64,000 bases of DNA from contig NW_026855218.1 of assembly GCF_026571515.1 (NCBI RefSeq), forward strand, positions 62,001 through 126,000, given 5' to 3'. Shown here piece after piece: positions 10,505 to 21,797 of the stretch (positions are counted from its first letter, which is position 1; each line of letters begins with the position of its first letter). The DNA comes from Ruditapes philippinarum. Taxonomy: Eukaryota. The notes below the pieces were generated by a model. The model saw only the letters and a list, made by a program, of their open reading frames with translations. It made no database searches and was not told the origin of the DNA. The position numbers and the translations under genes were made by a program.

Positions 10505-11640
10505 TTTGTGTTTATACAGAAACCTTGGTATTGCATTTATTTTCAAATGACTTATGATATCATAGTCACGAAGCTCAAAATTTGGTCTAACACGACTCCT
10601 TTGTATTTGTCTGAATTAGTGTGCTTTAGAGTAGTACCATCACAAATAGTTTTAAAATCTGGTTCCCTTTTTAACTTGATTATTGAATCAAACAAAATTG
10701 ATTCTATTTTCACTAGATGAAATGACAACTTGTTAGAAACTAAACAGTTACTACCTTATTTAAGATCTTTTGTTAGCAAACGTTCAATTTCTCATCTGCA
10801 TTAACTAGAAATTTCTGCATATGACAAATAAGTGCAGGAAATATTTATACATTGTTGTCTACCTAATTCAATATGAATGAAACCATCTGACAACATCCCG
10901 ACTCAAAATCATCATTTTGAAATCATCTAAAAGTAAAGCGTGGTCAACAGTCTCAAAAACTTTCTGCAAATCTAACAGGACCGTGTCAATTAAAAAAAAA
11001 ACAGTTACCTAAATTTAACCTTCATAATCAGATATTATGTACAATTCTTTTAACTATCTTTGGAATAATACATACAATTAAAACAGGTCTGTAATTGTGG
11101 AGGGCGTTCCATGCCAAAATTCTAGACAATTTTTTTTCTTTAATTACTTTTGGAAATGTGAACGTGTATGTGTAGCATTTTATCTGTATACAGAAAATAA
11201 TATGCCTCTTAATCGAATTCTTTGATTGGAGGTTCTCGCTTTGAAATAAAACTTAACAACTGACGTTAAATACACGTTCACATTTTCAAAAGCAGTTTTC
11301 TGAAAGAACACTTTAACTGTTTTGAATTTTGGCAACGAACGCCCTCAATATGTAATTGCCTCCTTCTGTTTTATAACTTATCTTATACAAGGAAACAACA
11401 CAGGGCAGTTTTAAGGTTCAATGTAACAACACCCTGTATGAAAGAGAAATTAAGAATATGAGGGCAAGTCATAAAAAGCGCTCTCTGTTTAACAAAACGT
11501 CATGGAATACCACCCAGCCCCATGGCTTTACTAAACTGACGTTGTTCATATATTTCAATACCTTGTTTTCTTTTCCTATTACCCAAAGATACATCAAATT
11601 TTTAAGACCCAGAGTTAGTCCTTGTATTTTGTTTTACCAA
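10505..11640 (-). mobile_element. Decayed CR1/L2-group LINE ORF2 (reverse transcriptase) fragment
   Basis: Minus-strand remnants KAMGLGGIP*RFVK, KTEGGNYRPV (split by a MITE), VLLDLQKVFETVDHALLL...VVRWFHSY, NKLSFHLVKIESILF, KYKGVVLDQILSF match canonical RT motifs; many stops and frameshifts. Confidence 0.85.
11098..11350. mobile_element. MITE with ~23-bp TIRs and 8-bp target-site duplication inserted into the LINE
   Basis: GAGGGCGTTCCATGCCAAAATTC ... GAATTTTGGCAACGAACGCCCTC; TSD TGTAATTG at 11090..11097 and 11351..11358; removing it restores the GNYRPV motif. Confidence 0.8.
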
Positions 11641-12361
11641 TACGAAGATGGATTTCGTCAATCGATGTTCACGGCGCCATTAATTTCACCAATCTAAATA
11701 GATACAACAAAAAAAAAATCATTATAAAAGCATGCAGTAAAACAAAAAAGGAAAACAAAAAATTGAATTAACTGATACTTAGCATTAATGCATATTTTCT
11801 CTAATGATAAACTTTCTCAAATGGGATATTTCAAAACGATCGTTAAACAATTGTTAACAGGCAACCTTTATTTAAATGATTGAGACATTATTAAAACGCG
11901 TATTATTATGTAACGGTTAAATTTCAAAAGAATATTCTTAACTTCAATATTTGCACACCTAATCGATGTGACCTTCGACAAAGATCAATACTTTGTGACA
12001 ATAAAGGGTTTATTATGGATATTTGTAAAAATAAGAAACTTGGCATAGGTATTAAAAGATACATTGCATAGGTATTACTGTAAATTGAATACGGTACATC
12101 TGGTTTTTCTTATACATTATTGATGTCAAATATCGAAGGTTGTCGTCGTTTCCAAATTTTCAATCATTTTCAAGACGTTTAGATTTATTTGACATTGTTT
12201 AAGAATGTCCGATAAGTTTGCATTTAACACATTACGTAACCATTATGTGGAACAAAATAATCAGAAAATAAAATGATGATAACTTTAAACAGCAGGTGTT
12301 AAATAAGCTTTTAAGATCGATATTATTGGATTCTCACAAAATCAAGTAAGGGTGTAACTAA

Positions 12362-12422
12362 TCTTACTTTTCAAGCGGAGATGATTAGTTCTGCTGCCTA
12401 TTTTCGTATTTGGCTTCTTTAT
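12362..12422 (-). promoter_or_regulatory. Candidate non-coding leader exon end and splice donor (AAA|GTAAGA) for the OLD-like gene
   Basis: Strong donor consensus at 12367-12362; exon-side sequence homologous to 2884..2932. Confidence 0.45.
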
Positions 12423-13449
12423 TCTGCGCTTAATGTATCGAAGATATTTTTTATTTTCTATTATTATTTTAGCAATAATATCTTACATATCAAACAAGTG
12501 TACTAGATGACGTCTTTATGCTGTTAATAAAAACTCTAAGATTATTCCTATATTTTATTATCATATTTATTATATCAACTGGTACCGATAAACTTAAAAT
12601 CATGCCGCACAAGTATCTTTAACATTATGAAAAAGGAAACATACAAGGAACGGGAAATACCAGTAAATTCTTTATTCATTAGGCTATTCCTTATTCATTA
12701 TATGCATTCATAATTGTTATTCATTTTATCGGAGGGAGGACATGGAAAGGAAACAGCCGCACACACATGTTATCCGTAAAAAGATTTTTAGCAGTTTAAT
12801 ATGTGTATATTGTATAGTGACAAAATCAACATTAATCGTCTGGTCCTTCGGGATCATTGATTCCACTTCTTAATTGTGTAAAAGTTTAAATGTCGATTAA
12901 GTCGATCCTAGACCTGCCGCTTATCAACAAACTCAATAAGAACGAATGTGCCACTTTCATATTTGCTTTTGTTTTAATTCCTCTTAAGAGATCTCCCGTT
13001 GTCCAGATTTTTATCATGGAATTGGGAAGATTATATTAATTCAAACATTTAGCAGCCAACTGTGCTTATACAAATGCATTATTCAGATATACTGTTATAA
13101 ATGTTGTCAAAATGATTTGTTTTTTTACAAAACGTGGAATTTGGCATTGAATGGTTAATAGTTCAAATGATTTCAGAAAATCCAAAAGAAAATAACAAGT
13201 TGTGCTTCGATAATCATTATAGGGTTGATTTACGTCATTATCTCACTAATTGAGCCATAACTTTCATCTTTGCATTTAATTCAGTGTTACAATTTCAATT
13301 CTTTTTTTTTTGTAAAAGCCAATGAAGTTGAAATTCCAGTGTAAGTTGAGAGTTATTAAGTCAATAATGTTTAAAATGGATATTACTGTTGAGACTTTAA
13401 TGATCAAACCGTTCCTTTACTTAAATTATCTTTTTCAATGACATTGAAC

Positions 13450-14150
13450 ATCAAACACCTTTTATCTGATTCCGTTGCCGGTTCGGTTTTGCATTAGTTT
13501 TCAGGGTGCTTTTTACAGCAATGTAAGGCCCAACTCCCTTACCTAATGTCCTGGAGGTCATGCGTGATATGGTCGCTTTTTGGACCGGCGATTTGTTCTT
13601 TAAGGATGTATAGTTCTAGATCGTTGTTAAAAATTAATTTTCTGGAGCCCACCAATAAAACACAATTTGTCTGATTCCGTTACCGATTCGTTTGTTAACG
13701 AACCGTAGGGGCAGGCCTTTAGAAGTCAATATAACGATAAGCAATTTGTTCTTTCTGTATATTAATATTCAATGTATGAATTTTCGTAAAAATCAGATTT
13801 TTCCATGAACACCATATATCTGATTCCCAATAGATTCGTTAGCTTTGAGGGTATTCTTTACAGCAATGTAAGGCTCAAAGCCCTAATATTAGCAATTTGT
13901 CCGGGAGAATTCCATGTGATATGATCGTGTCTTTTTGTTGTTTTTGTTTTACTTCTTGGCAGTTCCTCCTGTTTGTATATGATATTTTGTCAGAAAAACA
14001 CCAAACAGCATTTTCCTGAGCCAGTCATCATAAAACACAATTGCGCTTCGGTCCTTACATTAGTTTCGAGTTTCCTGTTTACAGCTATATAAGACACAAA
14101 GGTAAAACCTAAGGGTAATGCCTCAGAGATGCCCGCATGGCATGGTTGTT
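13450..14150. repeat. Degenerate tandem array, ~150-200 bp units
   Basis: TCTGATTCC at ~13465, 13671, 13819; TTTACAGCAATGTAAGGC at ~13512 and 13857, and a variant at ~14078. Confidence 0.6.
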
Positions 14151-17074
14151 TTATTTTTGTGATTGGATATTTGTTTATTCTTTTTATAAAGTTAGACTGA
14201 CTGAACATTTCGAAATCATTGTCATGAAGAGAAAGTTCTTTTGAAACTGGGTTCTATATTATTCCGAAGGATCGCAAAACATATTGACCGAGCACGGTTT
14301 TGTTTGCTGCTTGTGAGATGTTCTTCATATATCAGGATAAAAGAGATATATCGCAAAGTCAAGAAAATGAATGAAAATACAACAGAAAGATTATTTGATA
14401 ATTAGTCTATCAAAAAATAAACAATTTAGAGTTATGAAATGAAATGAATTTATAAAAATGAATGCAAAATAAATGTATATATAATTAATTAATAATTACC
14501 CATAACGTTTATGTTCTCTTACAATGCTCCCTCTATGATCCGTAATATCAATGAATTGTTTTTTGCTATCTTATGTCAAGCAACAAAATAACAAACTGTA
14601 AACATTCAGCTGCAAACATTGATATGCACTATTTTAAAATATTTTCGACCTTAAACTTTATTAACCTAATCGATATTGCATAATACATATCGTGCACCTA
14701 TTGTAAAAAAATAGATTGAAAAAAAAAAAGAAATTTGGCACAAGTTATTAGTATTGTAGATACATTGTTCAATACGAACTTGGCCTTTTGTTCTTCTTTT
14801 ATGTAGCTGACTTCCGTTTGTGTCATATTGCAAACAAAGTTAAAAAAGAGACATAACTCTTATAACATTATATTTTTAAAATATTGCTTTCAGGATAACG
14901 CCCCATGTCTTACAACTTATTATTGTCGTGATAATTAAATGTTCCAAGTTTTATTTTAATCGCCTTGATAGTTGAGGATAATATTTATACGCTCAATCTG
15001 TATGTAATATACACCTTCTTAAACGTAATTAGCATTTGTTGCAGTTAAAGGCATATTAAGCCAGGAAATAATGAATAATGGTTTTAGAGCATGCTACATG
15101 ATTATCACCTTAAGTATTGTTAAATGTGATAATATTTGTCGTAAAAAAGCAAATTGTAAATGAAGTAGTATTTTGATTTCCATATAAAATACTCAATTAC
15201 TATAAGTGTACTATTGTAAAAATGCAACAGAGGCAAAATATGGCCTTGTAATTGACAAATGAGAAACAGTTTGGATACTTTAACAGGATACAAAAAACTT
15301 GGGGAAACAAAGAAACAAGCTTTTGTCTGACATAATGTGCCTTTGATTTAATAATATGCATATGTAAATGATCTTGATAATACAGAAATATTGATTTGAT
15401 TGTCAGGATTAAGGCTTTTGCTCGTTTAATGTAAAGTGTCATGTCAATGTATCAGTCACATAAACCAAACATGCTTAACACCGTAACATTGGTGAATGAG
15501 CTTTGGTATTTAAACATGTTGGTTTGTTTTAATTTCGTTCAATGCAATGCAGAACAAGGGATGGCATAGTAAAGAAATCACATACAAATAGCTATATTTT
15601 ATTTTGCGAAAAGTATACATTTCCATTTAACACTTGTTCACTGTCTTTTGTGGTTAATTAAAGTTACATTCCATCTAGTTGTGGCATGACTATTAGCTCT
15701 TCACAAATAATTTGTACGATTTTAAATGTTAATATCAAACAGATAGGAAATACTTATTTAAAGCAAACGTTTGTTTCATTCTTCCCTCACTCTGTAGCAT
15801 TTATTTCTTCTCTGGACTTTATGAAGATATTATGATATTAGTCACAATGAGTTTTCCTGATAGCGGATAAAGCCCTTGAACATTTGAGGATCGCCTATCG
15901 TCCGCTGCTGGGTATCTGAGCATACGTTTCCTACACACAAATAAGATATTAAATTTTAATATCGACGCTACAGTAACCATATTACGATTTATATGTTGTT
16001 CACATTTATTTAGTATATATGCAATCTTTGAACATGAAAGTGTAAAAAATCTCGTTTAATGTAGAGGAAGCCTGTGCTTATTATGCTTATAAAGATATTA
16101 CCTATAAATAACCTGAATTTTAGTATGCTAGTCCATTGCAATATTTCATTTCAAAGAAAACTAAGAATGATTCTTACATTTTATTGATCAAACATGTTTT
16201 TAACATGCATTTGTTTACGGTGTAAAGCGACATTTTATTAAAGCAGAGGACACTAGAAAGGTGAAAAAGAAAGACAATCGAAGCGTCACGTGTTTATAGA
16301 CACTTTTGTCGTCCTCGTCTTTCTTCATTCATCATCAATAAAATGTTCTTCATGATATACTATTTCGAACATGTAATTTTACGCCAAATTTACAGTAATT
16401 AATTAATATATGTTAGGAAAAGACCTCTATAAGCATTGTATGCTTTCGGATCTAATCCTTTTTCAGCATTGTATATTATGTAACTAATGATTGTATCATA
16501 TGTAATAAATGTTTGTGTGAAAATGTTTGAAATAAAATATGTTTAAACTAAAGTGTTTATCTAGAGTGACCTCAAGCGTCACTGCACGGTTTTTGATACG
16601 GGGAAATACACTGGACATCCAAGGGCATGTACGATGCACAATTAAACCTGAAGACAGCTGTATACGGTTTTTTGCATTACTTAACTGATAAAGGAGTGAA
16701 CCAAGGTTCCAAACATAGTTACATCCCATCCTACCACCAGACAACGAATATCCAAAAGTCTATCTGAAATAGACCTAACGACAGTACTATGATTCCAACG
16801 GCCTGTCCCTTTTTAACACATGCTCACTCCATTAGAATACAGACAAAGTGGGACGAAATATGTAAACAAAGCTAAGAAATAATACAAAAACCTGTTTGTA
16901 TTTGTCAATAATATATGCTTTATGCTTATGACACTGTAATTATTAAAGCAGTGTATTTTCTGCAATTTAAACTATATTTTGTTATATATATTATTTCGAT
17001 AGCCTCAGTTGTGATCATTGTATTGTTTTTCTGTCTCGGAAGATATTAGGTGATTTTTAATCAGGATCTTAAGG

Positions 17075-20000
17075 CGCAAAAACACGAAAATGCACCTGTT
17101 TTTTACCACCTTCTATTTAGGCATGAGCTCAGTAACTACACATCGCTACACAAACAGAAGAATGTGGCGTGTTTTGTGTGGTGGGGCCAAATGACACTTG
17201 AGGTACAGACAACGCACATAGAAAGTAGAGTCTTTTCATATGGAAGGGAAAAGGTCGCCAGGCGAAAACACGTCAAAATTGCAATTTTCCCCTGCCACGC
17301 GAAAGAGGTAGTTTTTTTGTGTTTACACATTTTCGTCCCAAAAACATGACCATACAACATGACACAAATCAGTCAACATTAGATACCGTTTAAATATACT
17401 TTTTCTTAACACAATTACGTCTATTTTCGCAGATTAAAAAATACATTGAGTAATCAGATGCGCAGTTTTATTGTTTTCAGCTAGGACTCAGTCACTATTA
17501 TGTCTTACATCAGCGTATGTAAGTCATACATGTACCATCAAATTCAAGAATACACGATATATTTACTTCCCTTTGATAATCGCTTAAAAATGGAATTACA
17601 AAGAAAATGGATGAATAGTGAATATACACGACTTTCCATGAAGAATTGCATAACTCCAGTCGACCGAACAAAGTTTTTCAATTGGCTAATATATCACTAA
17701 TGTGTAATATTACATTTTTATGACTGTGTAATATTACCTCTAAAACATTTATATTCGTAAATTGTGTACAGAAAAAATCTCAACAAGAGTAATATTAAAT
17801 TCATTTTCCCGATCAAGATGCACTCGAATATGAAACACCATTATATGTATATTCGTGAAGTTACGACTAGTACAATACAAGGTAATGACTGCTAAATATA
17901 GAATAAATGTAGATAAATATCTAAATATAATGTATATCATGTATTTCCTATTTTAAGATGACTGTATTATTTTCCTATAAATAAATAAAATGGATATAAT
18001 GGTATTTATTGTAATATACCCTAAATGTCAACTCATACAAATTGTATTATAACTTTAATAATTACAGTAGTTACATCTGCTAATATATTGCATATGGAAA
18101 TCGACACCAACTCCCCCAGTGATATATTATAACGCCTAGAGGCAATATCACATACGTGTGTTTCTTGAATCGTTGAATTATTTCACTTGTTTACTTTAAA
18201 TCATTCAGTTAGCACACTTTGCTTAAAAGCTTTCATTTGTATACATGTGTTCACAATAATAAGTTTTTCAGAAGCCAAAATGACATTGATATGACGCAGT
18301 TTATCAATAACAACTACTACAGTTCATTCCCCATGCCTTTACATGCAACATTGCTTAAAATATTTACTTTGGTAGCATGTTTTGAAAAGTGGAAAGTGCT
18401 AAACAGGTATATAAAGTAGTAACAAAGTACCATATTTTTTAATGTACTTAAATCTTTTTTCCTTTCTCACCATTATCACAATGTTTTGTTTTATAGTCTT
18501 CTACTTCATTTTACACTCAACTATTTAGGTTATATAGCGACTTTCTGGCTAGTAAAAGTAGGAACCGAGCTGGATATCTGTGCATAATTTCATTTGAGAG
18601 GGGTTATTAGAGTGTTCGTGGAAATGTTCAAACTACAGTTGACGATTACGCTATTTAGGTAAATAGGCGCACCAAGTAGTTTGACCTTTATTTTATAATG
18701 AAATCGTTAAACACATTTTGACATACGATCACTTAAATGTTATATATGATCTTCACTGAAGTATTATTCCAAATATATCATGGAACGCTTGACAAGCGTT
18801 GAGAGACGTCCAATTTTTTTATGGTCTCAGGCGGATGGGGTGTAATAAATTACTGTTCAGTTCTTATATCTCTGTTGAACTGCAGACATATCATAATAAG
18901 AATATTATCTAGTATACGTTATTGTTGAAGGATATCATTTCTCTGATTTTGACAGATGATATCTATCAAGAAGAGTGAAATGCTCTTCGTCAAAGTAGGC
19001 CAATATATCTTTTCAGGTTCAGCTGCTTGTATTTGATGATGACAAAGGTTAACTAGGGACACAGGGAAACTGGCGCTTAAATTTAACTTAAAATCGACCA
19101 AATTGCATACGCATTCAATGTTGTTGATATAATATATTTTACAAAATTAACATGAATTTATTTATACATTGTATCATTTCCATTTATGTTTTTGATTAAA
19201 GAGTAAATTGTTGACAATTAAGTTTGTATATTTCCAACTCTTTTGATATTTTATGAATGAATTTTTGTTTTCTGGGTTTAATCTAACTTATGATAATAAA
19301 TTGTTGTCTGTATGCTTTTTTGTTAGGAAAAAAATGTGAGGAGTAACCCATACTAACATAAAGTCAATGACACCATCCAAAGAGGACAGCGTCGTGCAGG
19401 GAAGGCAAACAAAAACAAACACATTTCACTGAATACATTTATTGTGTAGTAATCCTGTCAAACGTGATGCAATTTTCTACGTTGTAAAAAAAATGATTTA
19501 ATATTGTATTGATTATTATTGTACCAACTGACCTTTCAAGTACATAGTATTTGTAAAAACACGATATGACATTTTGGATGCATTTGTTGTCACGGCAATC
19601 TTCCATCTCTTCCTTTATATGTTTCATTTATTTTCATCCAAAGAGCTAAGTGGATCCTTTGTTCTATCTTTTGCTTTCATATTCCGTTTGAATAACCCGA
19701 TATGTCAGGGAACTACTGCAATTAAGTATTGGTCAGCAGAACGGCCATTTAGAACGGGGACCACACAACTCATTTTGCATAGGAAGTGCAATTTAACGCT
19801 TTGAGATTTATCACATTAATAATTTTGGCTTGTTAAAATCTTCCGATAAATCTTTTTCCATCACTTATTCTAGATAAACACATATTTCCCTACATTTTTC
19901 AAGATCATTAAGCATTTTAAAATTTCTTTCAACGAGCAGTAAATGGAATTGTAATTCATAATTGTATGATTGGGAAATAGAGAAGGATTTTTCAGTATAA

Positions 20001-20876
20001 TGAGAAAAACGTCATTTCTAGCAAAGCAATAGTTATCGTATCCTATATTATCATACGAACAGGTATTTGCTAACGACTATTTATTACTACAAAGCATAGA
20101 ATTTACATGTCAATATCAATACCCTTATGTACATTTATACATCAACTTGCGTCTAAATTGTTCCCTAGAAGTGCATCTTACTTTTCATTTAGACAGATGA
20201 TCGATCAACGGCGTGAAACGACAGCTGATTCAGAAAGTTCATCTATGTTTGGCTACTGTCTTACATATGAGATGTGAAAATAATTGAAAAAATATCTGAC
20301 GTGTTTTTATCTTTCAGATTTATAATAAAAGTTGAGAGACATTCGTCAGCCTTTTTCAGACTGCTTTATCTACAAAATTATTACGAATCGCGGGTTTAAG
20401 TTTTATTTCCCATTTGGGCCCGTTTTAATTTTTTTTATTATTTCACACATAACTTGTCCATTTCCTACATTCGCCGCCCTTACGTCTACTCCCGGGTTTG
20501 GGATGATGCCTTATGGGTACCCTGCTGTGGTGGCTTTGGTGTGGTGGCTTTTATTTTGTTTTCTTGTTGGACCAAACGGTAAATATCATATAGCAACTTT
20601 CCAGCTTAACTAGTTCGGCACTCGGTTTCAAAGGTAAATCTCTGCAATGTACATGTACTTTTGTAAATAATGCTGTCGAGGGCTCACAATTTTTATACTA
20701 CATAACAGCAGGTGGCAGCTGTAAAATTTGTCCCGTATTTCATTTCAACAGTGTTATATATTTCTAGTCCTTCGGGATCATTGATCTCAACACTTGAGTT
20801 GAAAATTGATTTATGCTTAGCTGTGTACGGCAACTAAAACAACGAATATCAATTGTTTTGAAAATACGAGAATACG
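17075..20876. repeat. Tandem segmental duplication unit B (~3.8 kb)
   Basis: Aligns end to end with 20958..25117 (start GCACCTG.TTTTTACCACCTTCTATTTAGGCAT; end GCTGTGTACGGCAACTAAA...GAGAATACG). Confidence 0.92.
17913..20369 (-). pseudogene. Decayed single-exon gene, copy B (3' boundary approximate)
   Basis: Acceptor TTTTGTAG| at 20371-20370, ATG at 20342 (MSLNFYYK...), fragments such as MKHIKEEMEDCRDNKCIQNVISCFYKYYVLERSVG and DFKLNLSASFPVSLVNLCHHQIQAAEPEKIY; multiple stops. Confidence 0.6.
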
Positions 20877-21797
20877 CCTAGCAGGTCGAAAACACGCCAC
20901 ATTCTGAATTTCATGTTTTTGTCTGCCATCTGGCGTATATTTGCATGGCGGGTGCCACGCTAAAACACAAAATAGCACCTGGTTTTTACCACCTTCTATT
21001 TAGGCATAAGCTCAGCAACTACACATCGCTACACAAACAGAAGAATGTGGCGTTTTTTCTGTGGTGGGGCCAAATGACAACGCACATAGAAAGTAGAGTC
21101 TTTTCATATGGAAGGGGATGGCAGAGGAAAGGTCGCCTGGCGAAAACACGTCAAAATTGCAATTTCCCCTGCCACGCGAAAGAGGTAGTTTTTGTTTGTG
21201 TTTACACATTTTCGCCCCAAAAACATGACCATACAACATGACACAAATCAGGCAACATTAGATTCCGTTTAAATATACTTTTTCTTAACACAATTACGTC
21301 CATTTTCGCAGATTAAAAAATACATTGCGTAATCAAATGCGCAGTTTTATTGTTTTCAGCTAGGACTCAGCTACTATTATGTCTTACATCAGCGTATGTA
21401 AGTCATACCATCAAATTCAAGAATACACATATATTTACTTCCCTTTGACAAACGCTTAAAAATGGGTGTACAAAGAAAATGGATGAATAGTGAATATACA
21501 CGACTTTCCTTGAAGGATTGCATAACTCCAGTCGACCGAACAAAGATTTTTGCAATGCAATAGACAAAACTTTTTCAATTGACTAATATATCACACATGT
21601 GTAATATTGCATTTATATGACATTGTAATATTATCTCTAAAACATTAATATTCGTAAATTGCGCACAGAAAAAATCCCAACAAGAGTAATTTTAAATCAA
21701 GATGCACTCGAATATGAAACATCATTCTATGTATATTCGTGAAGTCACGACTAGTACAATACAAGGTAAATGACTGCTAAATATAGAATAAATGTAG

